Source of the DNA: Saprolegnia diclina VS20
Lineage: Eukaryota
DNA: 54,975 nt
Assembly (NCBI RefSeq): GCF_000281045.1
Contig: NW_008246122.1
Span: 106,807 to 161,781 of the forward strand
Direction of reading: 5' to 3'
The position numbers were made by a program, and so were the translations under genes. Below, piece by piece: positions 1-12,779 of the stretch (its first letter is position 1; every line of letters starts with the position of its first letter). A model generated the notes under the pieces. That model made no database searches and was not told the DNA's origin. It was given only the letters and a program-made list of their open reading frames with translations.

Positions 1-1889
1 AGTGCAAAAGAGGGCCATAACACAATGATGCGGACAGGCGACAAGTGTGATCAAACATACGTCCCATGTAGCTGTCCCATGTCAGAGAATACCATCTAAT
101 CTGTCAGTGGCACGCGCCAACGGACGAATCACTGACATGTCAACGCACCGTAACGTGTACTGTGATCACGCACGCAACGGTTTCAACACAGCCGGTCCTA
201 ACAAACGTCATGCACACCGCGCCCAAGTAGGTGTACTAGCACGAGGGAAGGGATAATAATTGGGGCGGGCTCCATGCCCACTCAACTCTGTGCTGCGGAC
301 AGCCTTTTTGGTACCGGTTGCTTCTTGCGACGGCGGCGTAAGAGAGATGTTACCTCCCAGACACCCAAATATACAAAAAAATCATCCAAATATATATGAG
401 CCATGTGAAGTGACCTACACACGACGTCACGTTCTAATGAGCTGCTGCGATGACGAATCCAAGTTCACCTGAGACGCATCCAGAGTCACCGAAATTCGGT
501 GACTAGATGCGGTGGATTCGTTCTATCCGAGATGCACGCTGACTCTAAAACTCAAAATTATTATAGCACAAGTCTGCGATTCGTCTGAGGTCAACTAATC
601 ACACTCGAGGCACCGCTATTGCAGGCGCGGGCTGTTTTTGTGGTGCAGTTGCGCACATCCCGCGGCCACAAGCGTCATACGGCGACGACAGAAGAGCCAG
701 ACGAGCCCCCGCGCCGCCGCCTGCGCAGCCACGGCTCGGCGAGCGAATGAAGAAGAAGGAGATTGCTAGTCTCTACGTATGCGAAATATTTGTGTAACAA
801 CGAAGATAACGCGAAACACATTCATATACCGGTATAGTTGCTCACATCAAGCAGTGTGGGCGTCGTTGGTGTTGAAATGGGTCCTCTATTAAAATAGATA
901 AAAATGCACTAAAAAATATCGGTCTTTCTTTGTTGTGTAAGCTTACTCTCGGTTGAGGAACTTGATCTGACAGGCGGAGGTAGGAGCGCGGCCACTCGTG
1001 TTGGGCGAGGAGTCGGAGAAGTCGACGAAGAGCGGGCTGTTCGGGCTCTTGAGCGAGGTTGTGGTGCAAATGCAGTTGAGCGACACGCGCTCCCTTGACG
1101 GCAAACGTCCATGGACTTAGTAGTGGTAGATCTGAGTGAAAGACGATCATTCCGAACTCGCCAGACGTTGAGCCAAACGCATGCGCGGAGCACTGACCAG
1201 AGGTAGCGGAACGCGGCTTGGTTTCTGGTGCAGCCTTGGCGTCGAGAAGAGGTAACCCGAGAGCGTTGTCGGCAAGATCATGCACACCCAAGGGGAATGT
1301 GACCGCGTGATGTGCGCCGCACATGTTCTTGACAGTATGGGCTTCGTTGCTTGTACGACATAATCAGTCACTTGGCTACTCGCCAGCAATAGTGTGTGGC
1401 CTATGCCAAGCGAAGTCTTTGTGTCATAATGAAGATAACGCGGAACACGTTCATATATATATATATATATGCCAAGGGGAAAGTTGAGCCAATCATCGAG
1501 ATCGAGGCACTTCCAGATGACCCCCCAGAGCAGGTCAAGACCCTTGACAGCAGATACGAGGATGCCGTCTCGATAGACACAGTGATGCTACTGTAGTTAA
1601 CATTCTCCTGTGTCCTTCCATAACTCGAATCGACCGAGGTCGTCCCTGCGTCTACGTCTCAAGGCATGGTGCCGATTCAAAATGCTCAATGTTTGCTCGT
1701 TGGCTTTCGTATGGCACTTGATTGGCTCGATACTGAGGCTACCTCGGTGTCCCACCCGGCCAAGAACCTTTCCAATTCGTGACGGCGCTAGCTCAAACGC
1801 GTCAGCGATGTTCGTTCACAAAAGACACACCGTAAAATGCAGCGGGTACGCGTTAAAATCAAAGTGTTTGTACTAACTAGGACCAATAT

Positions 1890-4051
1890 CTAGTAGGCCA
1901 CCGCGTCAATCCACTGGTTGGTGTTCCAGTTGTGGCACTCCCACACCTGCGCCGCGTGCGTCGGGTTGGTCGGGTCCACGTCCAAGCACAAGTTGTTGTG
2001 CGTCGCGTGCTTGATCTTGTGGTCAGCGGCGTCGATGATCCACTTCTGGTTGCCGTTGGTAGCGTCGCACGCGTACGTGTGGAGACCAAACTTGTCACCG
2101 TCGCGGAAAGCGTCAAGGCACTCGCCATTGCCGGCGACCTGGAGCGTCTTGGCGCTGTTGTCGTACGTGAAGAGCTCGTTGACCGAGTCCGAGACCCAGT
2201 CGGCGTAGACGCCCGAGTAAAACTCGGAGATGACCTTGTTGTTCTTGGTGATGAGCTTGACGTAGCTCTTCTCCTTGACGTTGTCGCACTGGTCAAAGTA
2301 CTGGCTCACGGCGCTGGGCGAGCACGGGGCGACGCTGGGGCCGGCACCGACCTTGGCGGCGTTGGAGGTCAAGCAAAAGCCGGACTGGGGATGGACGATG
2401 CGCTTGGCGACCGTGTCAAACTTCCAGATCTGCGTGGCGTCACCGGTGCACTTGGCAAGCGCGACNNNNNNNNNNNNNNNNNNNNNNNNNNNNNNNNNNN
2501 NNNNNNNNNNNNNNNNNNNNNNNNNNNNNNNNNNNNNNNNNNNNNNNNNNNNNNNNNNNNNNNNNNNNNNNNNNNNNNNNNNNNNNNNNNNNNNNNNNNN
2601 NNNNNNNNNNNNNNNNNNNNNNNNNNNNNNNNNNNNNNNNNNNNNNNNNNNNNNNNNNNNNNNNNNNNNNNNNNNNNNNNNNNNNNNNNNNNNNNNNNNN
2701 NNNNNNNNNNNNNNNNNNNNNNNNNNNNNNNNNNNNNNNNNNNNNNNNNNNNNNNNNNNNNNNNNNNNNNNNNNNNNNNNNNNNNNNNNNNNNNNNNNNN
2801 NNNNNNNNNNNNNNNNNNNNNNNNNNNNNNNNNNNNNNNNNNNNNNNNNNNNNNNNNNNNNNNNNNNNNNNNNNNNNNNNNNNNNNNNNNNNNNNNNNNN
2901 NNNNNNNNNNNNNNNNNNNNNNNNNNNNNNNNNNNNNNNNNNNNNNNNNNNNNNNNNNNNNNNNNNNNNNNNNNNNNNNNNNNNNNNNNNNNNNNNNNNN
3001 NNNNNNNNNNNNNNNNNNNNNNNNNNNNNNNNNNNNNNNNNNNNNNNNNNNNNNNNNNNNNNNNNNNNNNNNNNNNNNNNNNNNNNNNNNNNNNNNNNNN
3101 NNNNNNNNNNNNNNNNNNNNNNNNNNNNNNNNNNNNNNNNNNNNNNNNNNNNNNNNNNNNNNNNNNNNNNNNNNNNNNNNNNNNNNNNNNNNNNNNNNNN
3201 NNNNNNNNNNNNNNNNNNNNNNNNNNNNNNNNNNNNNNNNNNNNNNNNNNNNNNNNNNNNNNNNNNNNNNNNNNNNNNNNNNNNNNNNNNTCCGTGCGCG
3301 TCGGGCAGATCATAAACTGAAGGCACTCAAGCAGCGCCTGCGACGTGCCTGTGCCCTTGTAGAGGCCGCGGCACGAGATCCACTGGGCCCCGGGGGCGAC
3401 GCCAAACCCGTTTTTGCCCGTCATCGTGCCAATGGTGTGTGTCCCGTGGCCGTCAAAGTCCTCGGGAAACGCCGAGTGGTCGTACGGGTCGTACCAACCG
3501 CGGTCGGCGCGCCACGAGTCCTTGATGAGCTCGTGCGTGTAGCGGGCGCCCGTGTCGATGGAGCCAATGACCACGCCCTTGCCGTCAAAGTGCTTCCACA
3601 CGTCCGGCGCGCCGACGGTCTGGACGCCCCACTGAATGGTCGCGTTGGCCGCGGCGGTGGCGTCGGCAGTCGTTTGGGTAAGCACGGGGTCGAGCGAAAT
3701 CTCTGGCAGGTGCTCGATCGTCTTGATGCCGCGGTGCTGCGCGAGCTTGTCGACGGTGGCTTGGTCGGCCGCTTTGATAAACGTACCGGGCACGATCCAA
3801 AGCGTCTTGGTTTCAAGACCCTTGGTGACATCGTCGATCGACTTAGAGGCTTCTTCCGTGCGCTCGCTGAGGATCTCAAAGACCTCTTGACGCGTCGCGC
3901 CCTCGGCGATCTCACCGCTCTCGAGGGGACTGTCGGCAAAGCGAACGAAAACGTCGGTGGCGCCGTCGACCTCCAAGGCCCGCAAGACAGAGCTAGCGAC
4001 CTTGGCGTGCGTTGCCGTGGCGATCGCAGCGAGAATGAGAGCAGCCTTCAT
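1890..4051 (-). CDS. Secreted subtilisin-like serine protease (S8) with C-terminal ricin-B lectin domain(s); middle lies in an N gap
   Basis: Signal peptide MKAALILAAIATATHA from ATG 4051, then SIDTG (Asp) and HGTHT (His) motifs. After the gap 2466-3290 come ricin-type repeats (CLD..., NQKW, NQW) ending at TAG 1890. The 825-nt gap roughly matches the missing segment of the paralog at 5388. Confidence 0.85.
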
Positions 4052-4066
4052 GTGGTGAGTACAAGG

Positions 4067-4083
4067 CAACTTGTAAAATGAAG
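4067..4083 (-). promoter_or_regulatory. Oomycete Inr+FPR core promoter motif
   Basis: Minus strand reads TTCATTTTACAAGTTG just upstream of ATG 4051, matching the oomycete TCATTYYNCAWTTT-type consensus. Confidence 0.6.
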
Positions 4084-5352
4084 AAGAACGCGAGCGAGCG
4101 GTTGAGCTGACACGGCCATCGAAGTTCGAAGTACATAACAGATGCCAGGCATTATCAGACCTGGAAACAGATGTTAGTCATTCCAAGCGGCGAGCCGGTG
4201 TCATGCACGACCACGCAACCTTGCTCGCAACCTACCGCGAGGCCAGGTACAAGTAGAAGAAGTTGAAGCACACATCTAAACACATTACCTTGGTACGGTC
4301 GTGCCCATTGCACGATAACGGGAAGGAGATGGAGATTACTCAGGGCATTCGTCGAGGTTGCCGTTTGCCAGCTCAGCTTAGCTTTGAGAACCAACGGCAC
4401 AATCGCGACAGAATTGATTCTTATTATATCTGGGTTGAATTCGATATATGGTCATAGCATGCATAGCTCCACACGGGTGCCGTTAATCAAGGGCATTTGT
4501 GGCATCCAGCGCCCTTGCTGTGCAAGGATGGCGTAACCAGCAAGTTACCGGTACGTTCCATGGGTTCATGGACGTTTCCGGAGTGTACCAGCTATTATAT
4601 CCATTGGCGTCTTGCAGGGTGACGAGCACAGAAAACGTTTTGTCGTTTGCGCAACGTACTAAGTGTTGCACGTTTAGACGACTCATAGACATTTAATGTA
4701 CCCATACGTAACGCCCGGTTAGCATGAATATTCTCAGATCGCAAACGTGATCGGAGCTGATAATACTTTGATACTGCACTGGTGTGATGCTATCAAAATC
4801 ACGACACCGTCGACGACGTTCTTTTTCATTCCATAAACCATAGCTCCATGGCGCGTCGAACCTTGCGCTGGGCGACGGCTCTGTTCTCGCCTGTTCCCAT
4901 GCCTCAGGTGACCGAGTCGGAGGGATATTGCATCCATTCAAGCTTGCACCAATCGATGAAGCTACGAACTAGAACACACATGCGCTGCTATGAGTCCATT
5001 GTGGGTTTGCGTTCACGGAATATAGGGCTATCGATGAGGCCACCTTGTGCTGATGCTAGCTTGTTGCAGGACTCGCATAATTATGTGCGGACCAAGTCCT
5101 CAGAATATTGCGTATTCAATCGGCAGAGATATTGGCGGCAAGAAAGATCGTTACTGCCATGTCCACATGTATCGATGGACCGTGCCACAGGGACAAATCA
5201 AGCGTCCCACCTCAGTGTTCACCCGTGGCACCTAGGATCCATGCGATACGTGTTCTCAGATGCGCAATGAGCGGGTGGGAGCGCTCGAAGGTGCCTCGAA
5301 GTTAATGCCAAGATCCAGCGTGCACTAGTTGTTGACCTTGCAGTATGTGTGG

Positions 5353-5369
5353 TTCATTTTACAATTTCA
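5353..5369 (+). promoter_or_regulatory. Oomycete Inr+FPR core promoter motif
   Basis: TTCATTTTACAATTTCA lies about 20 nt upstream of ATG 5388. Confidence 0.7.
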
Positions 5370-5387
5370 CTTGTACGAACGAGACCG

Positions 5388-7646
5388 ATGAAGTTGGCTA
5401 TCGTCGTCTCCGCCCTCGTCGCATCGACGGCCGCCAAGATCACGAGCTCAGCGCTGCGCCAACTCGAAGCCGACAACACGTTCCAGGCGTTTGTGACCTT
5501 TGCCAAGGACACCTCCAAGCTCGAGAGCCTCGAGCTCGTGGGTGCGACCGCCGAAGAACGCCGCGAAAGCGTGTACCAATCCTCTTCAGCCGTCGCCGCC
5601 AAGCGCCAAGCGCTCCTCGAGCAAGTCCTCGGCACGGGCCACAAGATTCGGTCGCTCTGGATCTCGGAAGTCACGATCATCGACAACGTCGACAAGGCGC
5701 TTGCCGCCAAGATCGCGGCCATCGAGGGTGTCGTCAAGGTCGACGTCGTCAAGGAAATCGCGCTCTCGCCCGTCGTGACCAAGGACGACGACTCGGCCAA
5801 CGCCAATGCCAACGCCCGCCCCACCGGCATCCAGTGGGGTGTCACGACGATCGGCGCGCCGGACATTTGGAAGCACACGCGGGGGGCTGGTGTCGTTGTT
5901 GGCTCGATCGACACGGGCGCGCGCCACACGCACGAAGCCATCAAGTCCAAGTGGCGCGCCGACCGTGGTTGGTTTGATCCGTACAACACGTCTACGGTGC
6001 CCGAAGATCTCAACGGCCACGGTACCCACACGATCGGTACCATGGTTGGCGACTACGGCCTCGGTGTTGCGCCGGACGCGCAGTGGATTGCGTGCCGCGG
6101 TCTCTACAACCGCGTCGGCACGAACGCGGCGCTGCTCGAGTGCGCGCAGTTTATGATCTGCCCCACCGAGACGGACGGCAACAAGCCCGACTGCAAGAAG
6201 GGCGCCAACGTCATCAACAACTCGTGGGGCGGCGCGACGACGACGGACCCGTGGTTCCAAGACATGATCGACGCGTGGCACAAGGCCGGCATCACGCCCA
6301 TCTTTGCCAACGGCAACGACGGCCCCGCCTGCGCGACGGCCGGCAACCCGGCCAACTACCCCAACCTGATCGCGGTCGGCGCGATTGGGTCGCACTCGAA
6401 CGAACCGACGAAGCTCGCGTACTTTTCGTCCAAGGGTCCGGCCAAGTACGTCGACAACATGGGCCAGTCGCACACGATCGTCAAGCCCGATATCTCGGCG
6501 CCCGGCTTCTATACGTACTCGTCGTACAAGGGTTCGGACACCGACTACCAGTTCTCGGCTGGCACGTCGATGGCCGCGCCGCACGTTGCTGGCGTCGTCG
6601 CCTTGATGAAGTCGGTGCAGAAGGATCTGACGTACGACGAAATCTACCACGCTCTCACGACGACAACGGACCAGTCCATGATGGAGGTCGAGCCGTCGGC
6701 GTGGCGCCTCCCGAAGAACGTGACGCTCCCGGCCGCGCCCAACTGCGCCGGTGTCGACGACACGGCGTGGCCTAACAACCGGTATGGCTATGGTCGCGTC
6801 AACGTGGCCAAAATTCTCAAGGACGGCAAGCTCCCAGTGCCGCCGCCGGCTCCGACGTCCGCGCCCGTGCAGACCGCCGACACCATCTCGCTCTGCAACT
6901 ACAAGCACAGCGTCCTTTCCGAGTGGAACGGCCAGCTCTTTGTCGACACGGAGAAGAAGAACTTCAACGAAAAGTTCTGGTACAACTTTGACGACAAGTC
7001 GATCCAGTCCCAGAGCAACAACGAGACGTGCCTTGATGTCTACCAGGACGTTCAGGGCAAGAACCAGGTGCGCTTGCATCCGTGCACGGGCGGCTCGGCG
7101 CAGAAGTGGGGCTTTGAGCCCAACTCGCACAGCCTCCGCCACTTGACGGTGCGCAACCTCTGCCTCGAGTCCGCGCACGCCGCGCCCGGCGCTGCGCCGT
7201 TCGTCGCCGAGTGCACGGGGGGTGTCAGCCAGTGGTTCACCAAGTGCGAAGAGGCGCCGGCTGCCAAGAGCTACGTCAAGCTCACCACCAAGGACAAGAA
7301 GGCCATCTCCGAGTTCTACTCTGGCGTCTACGCCAACTGGGCCTCGGACAGCATCAACGAGCTCTTTACGTACGACAACAGCGCCAAGACCCTCCAGGCC
7401 GCCAGCAACGGCGAGTGCCTCGACGCCTTCCGCGACGGCGACAAGTTTGGTCTCCACACGTACGCCTGTGACGCTACCAACAGCAACCAGAAGTGGATCA
7501 TCGACGCCGCTGACCACAAGATCAAGCACGCGACGCACACCAACTTGTGCTTGGACGTCGACCCGACCAACCCGACGCACGCGGTGCAGGTGTGGGAGTG
7601 CCACAACCCCAACACTAACCAGTGGATCGATGCGATTGCCTTCTAA
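5388..7646 (+). CDS. Secreted subtilisin-like serine protease (S8) with prodomain, Pro-rich linker and two ricin-B lectin domains
   Basis: Intronless ORF with signal peptide MKLAIVVSALVASTAA, full triad SIDTG/HGTHT/GTSMA, oxyanion-hole motif ANGN, PVPPPAPTSAP linker and QxW ricin repeats. Confidence 0.93.
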   Translation: MKLAIVVSALVASTAAKITSSALRQLEADNTFQAFVTFAKDTSKLESLELVGATAEERRESVYQSSSAVAAKRQALLEQVLGTGHKIRSLWISEVTIIDNVDKALAAKIAAIEGVVKVDVVKEIALSPVVTKDDDSANANANARPTGIQWGVTTIGAPDIWKHTRGAGVVVGSIDTGARHTHEAIKSKWRADRGWFDPYNTSTVPEDLNGHGTHTIGTMVGDYGLGVAPDAQWIACRGLYNRVGTNAALLECAQFMICPTETDGNKPDCKKGANVINNSWGGATTTDPWFQDMIDAWHKAGITPIFANGNDGPACATAGNPANYPNLIAVGAIGSHSNEPTKLAYFSSKGPAKYVDNMGQSHTIVKPDISAPGFYTYSSYKGSDTDYQFSAGTSMAAPHVAGVVALMKSVQKDLTYDEIYHALTTTTDQSMMEVEPSAWRLPKNVTLPAAPNCAGVDDTAWPNNRYGYGRVNVAKILKDGKLPVPPPAPTSAPVQTADTISLCNYKHSVLSEWNGQLFVDTEKKNFNEKFWYNFDDKSIQSQSNNETCLDVYQDVQGKNQVRLHPCTGGSAQKWGFEPNSHSLRHLTVRNLCLESAHAAPGAAPFVAECTGGVSQWFTKCEEAPAAKSYVKLTTKDKKAISEFYSGVYANWASDSINELFTYDNSAKTLQAASNGECLDAFRDGDKFGLHTYACDATNSNQKWIIDAADHKIKHATHTNLCLDVDPTNPTHAVQVWECHNPNTNQWIDAIAF

Positions 7647-9044
7647 GAACAAAATATATGCTTTGGTGCTTACGTAGTCCACGTGCAACAGGATGCATTT
7701 CAATTTAGTTGGAGGTTCACTTTTGACTTGAAACCTCGTAGAGTCGATATTGCTGTTTCGACACCTCTATTATTTGATGTTTTCTTGTGCGCACAACACT
7801 GAGACACAGCGGTGGCTCTATGGCCCCAAATGCCAGGAAGCGCAAATGCATACACGTTCATACCGTAGGTATTGCGTGAGCTGGGGTTCAAATCCGCTAA
7901 GATAGAGTGAGCGGACCCACGGTCGACGCTACGATCAAGTCGATCTGTGTTGGCAAACTAGTAGAACACCATCGACGTCGCGAGCAGCCGCGATTGAACG
8001 ATGGGAGCCACTGTGATGTTGTTCAAGCAGATATCCTCGAGTTGTTGGTTGCGACACAAAATGCTCTGTAGTTATCCGTAAAAGGCCTAAAAGACTCGGC
8101 TATAAGACCAACGGGGGGATGCCGTAATACGTTAATAAGCGGGTTCGAAAGAGAAGCGAGACCAGCACTTGTCGTTTGCGTGGAGGCGATAGGTCGGCAC
8201 ATCTTCGGCCAGAATTCACCGGTATGGGAAAGTACCAAATGGAAGTGCATCGGCCGGATGACGGACGCGATCATCAAAAGCTGAGGAGACTCAGATCAGT
8301 ATGTGCCATATGGTGGCTGGCGGTGATGACGCCGGACAGAACGAGCAATCCACGTGCCGTGGTCGTACACAGAAATCTGCGCCCGAGTGCATTCCAATCG
8401 ATGCGAACCAGCATAAAGTATGTTCAAATTGCTTGCATACCGGATGTCTTGTACGGCAAAATCAGATGGTGCTGTGCCCCAAACTTTGCGGTCAACAATC
8501 GTCGTTGCAGCTGCCAACTACAACGAGGTAGTTATATTAGTAGAAAGCACTAGTTTCCCTTCGAGCCAACATCTCGTCGACGAGCAGAAGATCGACTGAG
8601 CGAATTTGATTGCAGTGATAGACAACTGATTTACGATGCCATTGCATGCGTGCTCGCTGTTCTAGCAAAGTTTGGGTTGTGGCAGACTATAAACGCCGGG
8701 TACGACGTTGACGGTCGCGATCTGAGACGGCTTCCAGTCATAGATATGGGTCTAGTTTCGAGCTAGCTCGTACACAGACTTGTATGCAGTGCCGGGTGGA
8801 ACTCAGATACCTGGTATACAGTTTTCTAGTATAAATCTGAGCCTCAGATTTTTCAATCTGATACATGGATCTGAGTTGGTGGGTGCATTCCATGTTGGAG
8901 GGTCGTGCTGAACGATCTTGTTGATTCCGCTTGAATGACCTCTGATTTCGACACAGATACCCGGGCGCTGCGATCGCCGACGAAGCGCGATGGCGCTCGA
9001 CGCTCACTTTAGCTTTTGCTTTCTCCACCTCGCATCAATTCATC

Positions 9045-10475
9045 ATGAAGGCTGCTCTTATTCTCGCTGCGATCGCCACGGCGGCGCACGCCAAGGTCGC
9101 GAGCTCCGTCTTGCGGGCCTTGGAGGTCGACGGCGCCACGGACGTCTTTGTGCGCTTTGCCGACAACCCGTTTGAGGACGAGCTCATCGACGGTGTCTCG
9201 CGCCAGGAGGTGTTCGACTACCTCACTGCGCGCTCGGAAGATGCCAAGAAGGCACTTGGCGGCGTCACTGACGGCTTTGAGACGGAAACGTACTGGATCG
9301 TCTCGGGCACGATTGTCAAGGCCGCGAACCAGGACGTGGTCGACAAGCTCGCCAAGAACGGCGTCAAGGCCATTGAGCCCGTGCCGGTCTTCAAGCTCGA
9401 GCCCGTGCTCAAGCAGCCGCGCGCGGAAGCGGCCATCGCAGCCAACGCCACCGTCCAGTGGGGCGTCCAGACCGTCGGTGCCCCCAGTGTGTGGAGCCGC
9501 TTCAACGGCAAGGGCGTCGTCATCGGCTCGGTTGACACCGGCGCCCGCTACACGCACCAGCTCATCAAGGACTCGTGGCGCGCCGACCGCGGCTGGTTCG
9601 ACCCGTACCGGAAGACCAAGTTGCCCGAAGATGTCGACGGCCACGGCACGCATACCATCGGCACGATGGTCGGGAAGGACGGGTTCGGTGTCGCGCCGGG
9701 TGCGCAGTGGATCTCGTGCCGTGGCTTGTACCAAGGTAGCGGCACCAACGACGCGCTCCTCAAGTGCCTCCAGTTCATGGTGTGCCCGACGCTCGCGGAT
9801 GGGACGCAGCCCGACTGCTCCAAGGGCGCCGACGTCATCAACAACTCGTGGGGCGGGGCGGCGTACAGCTCCGTCTTTGAAGAAGCCATTGCCAACATCC
9901 GCAAGGCCGGTATCATTCCGGTGTTTGCCAACGGCAACTCGGGCCCGGCCTGCGGCACAGTGGGGTACCCCGGCGGCTACAAGAATGTGATTTCGGTCGG
10001 CGCCATTGGTTCGTACGACAACGAGCCCAACAAGCTCGCGTTCTTCTCGTCCAAGGGCCCCGCCACGTACCGTGACAAGAACGGCGTCCGACAAAAGCTT
10101 GTCAAGCCGGCCATCTCGGCCCCCGGCTTTTACACGCTCTCGGCGACCAACACGGGCGATGCGGCGACCGCGAGCTTGGCTGGCACGTCGATGGCGGCAC
10201 CGCACGTTACGGGTATTGTCGCGCTCCTCAAGTCAGCCAACAAGGCGTTGACGTACGACGAAGTCTACGCCTACTTGACCAAGACGGCCGACCAGGCGCT
10301 CGAACCGGAGCCGGCCAAGTGGCTCAAGCGCGAGAATGGCAAGGTTGTCGAGCTCAAGGGCGCGCCCAACTGCGGCGGCGTCAGTGACGCGTCGTGGCCC
10401 AACAACCGCTACGGTTTCGGCCGTGTCAACGTCGCCAAGATCATCAAGGACGGCCAGTTGATTCCGCTGCCCTAA
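9045..10475 (+). CDS. Secreted subtilisin-like serine protease (S8) without ricin domain
   Basis: Signal peptide and VDTG/HGTHT/GTSMA triad. It ends at KDGQLIPLP*, where the paralog continues into the linker and ricin domains. Confidence 0.93.
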   Translation: MKAALILAAIATAAHAKVASSVLRALEVDGATDVFVRFADNPFEDELIDGVSRQEVFDYLTARSEDAKKALGGVTDGFETETYWIVSGTIVKAANQDVVDKLAKNGVKAIEPVPVFKLEPVLKQPRAEAAIAANATVQWGVQTVGAPSVWSRFNGKGVVIGSVDTGARYTHQLIKDSWRADRGWFDPYRKTKLPEDVDGHGTHTIGTMVGKDGFGVAPGAQWISCRGLYQGSGTNDALLKCLQFMVCPTLADGTQPDCSKGADVINNSWGGAAYSSVFEEAIANIRKAGIIPVFANGNSGPACGTVGYPGGYKNVISVGAIGSYDNEPNKLAFFSSKGPATYRDKNGVRQKLVKPAISAPGFYTLSATNTGDAATASLAGTSMAAPHVTGIVALLKSANKALTYDEVYAYLTKTADQALEPEPAKWLKRENGKVVELKGAPNCGGVSDASWPNNRYGFGRVNVAKIIKDGQLIPLP

Positions 10476-11080
10476 GTCAAGCCTCTCCCGTCTCTCGTGC
10501 TGCATGGTATTAGTGTCGTCACCGTGGCGACAATTTTTGTAGTCTGTACGAATTCGTTTTCAATACCATCCTTGACAACTATTCAGCGTCGTAATTTTTG
10601 TGCGGCAGCACTCGACGATAGGGGTTAAGTCCAGTGGACGTTACCACTCTTGAGCTCCCTGTAGCAAATCAATAGGAGTGCCCGCGGTGGAGGCAGTCAA
10701 GAGGTGTGGTTCATGTTGGCTTCGTTCTAGTGGTTTCGACACTGATTTACCATCCAAAAGAGTCGGCTCGAGTTCCGGCGAGAACTTCATGTACTTGTAC
10801 CGATTGACGCGACGCCATGGGCTTGTCCTAGCGTCAAATCACATACTACTCTAGTAGATCGAGTTCCATCATCACAATCGTGTATAAACGCAGCATGACA
10901 TTTATTCATAGCTCCTTTGGGCACCCATCGGGCGGAGATCGGTTCGAGCAGCCCAAAGAAGACCAAGACCCGTTGAGCATGGCGATCTTCGATACCGTGA
11001 TTTGCGTCCGTTTGGAACCGCCTCCAACCGCACTCAAATTTGATACTAGAGCCCACGTCGCCAGTCGTCTTTGCGCTGCC

Positions 11081-12779
11081 ATGGCGTCCACCCAGCCCTC
11101 GACCGGAAACACTGGCACGGCGTCTTCGCCCACAAGCGCTCCGACGCGCAGCGCCTTTGACATTTGGGCCCTCGGCATCACCATCGTCATTGGCGGTCAG
11201 TACTTTTCGTGGAACGCTGGCCTCGTCGCCGGCTTTTACAGCTACTTTGGCGCGCTCCTGCTCATGTCAACCGCGTACGTCACGATGGTGCTCTGCCTCG
11301 CCGAGGTCTCGAGTACGCTGCCGTTTGCTGGCGGCGCGTACGGTATCTCGCGCTGCTCGCTCGGGTTTTACTTTGGCTTTATCATTGGGTGCTGCGAAGC
11401 GCTGGAATATTTGGCGTACGTGGCAACCTCTGTGCTCACGATGGCCCAAATGTTCGTCGTCGCCTATCCATCTCTCGATGGGTACGAGCCGCTGACGTGG
11501 CTGTGCATCCATGTTGCCATCGTGGCTATCCACCTGCACGGTGGTCCGCTCTTTTGGCAGGTCAACCGTGCCCTTGCCCTCGTATCGATCGGTCTCCTCG
11601 TGCTCTACATCATTGGGGCCTTTGCCATTGCCGACTGGAGCGTCAATACATCATCGTCCCTCATGCACGCGAGCGATGGAGCTACTTGGATGGAAATGTT
11701 GCCGCTAACGGCATGGTTTTTTGTCGGTGTCGAGTCGCTCAATTTGGCGAGCGATGACGTGGCCGCCCCCAAGAGCACGATCCCAAAAGGGCAAATTGCC
11801 TGCGTCTTGACATTGGTCGTGACGGGCTTCATGACGTACATAACCTCGGCGTTTGCACCACCGGGATTGGCCGACCTCAGCCAAGCGGTCGTGCCATTGA
11901 ACGCGGGTACGTCGTCGAGAATCGAGTACGATATATGTACTGCATGTAACGAGATATGGGTTAGGGTACATGCGCATCTTTCACATCTCGGCGGCGTCCG
12001 CTTGTCTCCTATCGATTCCTGCGACGTACGCGACCATCTTTGGCTTTGTCTACTCGTTCCAGAAGCTCACGACAGCCATTGCAAGCTCCAAGCTCCTGCC
12101 CGCGATCTGCTGTGTGCGGTCGTTCCGACACCACGCCATCACGCTTCTCATCGGCTGCAGCATTAGCTACGCGATCTGCCTCATGACGTGGGCAGTGCCG
12201 TCGATGAGCCGGCACATTTTCCCAGTGTGCATTCTCAGCGCCAGCTGCACGTACGCCGCGCAGTGCGTTGGGTACCTCTACCTCCGCGCAAAGTTCAAGC
12301 ACTTGCCGAGGGAGTTTACGAGTCCACTGGGCGTGTTCGGAGCCGTCTTTTCGCTCTGCGTCTGGGTGCTCAACGCCGTGGCGCTAATGGCGTTTCAAAA
12401 CGACGGCGGCGCGGCCGTGCTGGCGTTCCTCTGCGTTGGCGGCCTCCTTACTGTCTACTACTATGGCTATGCCAAGTCGCGCCAGACGTTTTCCGACGAA
12501 GAGCGCAAGGTGTTGTTTGTTGCCCACATTGCTATTTGTACGTGGACTCGAACTAGATATGTGGAACAATATTGTTGTGTAGTCAACCAAGCCCGCGCCA
12601 AAGGCAAGAAAAATAAATCCAGTGGCGGACCCTCCAAGCAGTCCAAGATTGAAAAGGCATCGGCCAAAGTCCTCTCGTTCAAACTGCCATCGGGCTCGTC
12701 CAAGCGCGACTTGATCAAGACCGTGTCGGTCTCGTCGTCGCGCAAAATAGTACCGAAAGGGACTGCTCCAGACTCCTAA
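11081..12779 (+). CDS. APC-superfamily amino acid/amine permease, copy 1 (introns ~11907-11964 and 12538-12582)
   Basis: TM1 WALGITIVIGGQYFSWNAGL, LPFAGGAY and WFFVGVESL motifs, many hydrophobic helices, and GT-AG introns at the same positions as in the other copies. Confidence 0.88.

Noticed and set aside
4150..5330. Short ORFs between the divergent subtilases, and likewise at 7700-8990
   Set aside because: They lack the local codon bias and any recognisable domain, so I treat them as intergenic or decayed repeat.
5586..7703. 705-aa antisense ORF, and similar long antisense ORFs at 9009-10205, 20749-21795 and 22568-23485
   Set aside because: These are shadows of GC3-rich sense genes with no recognisable motifs.
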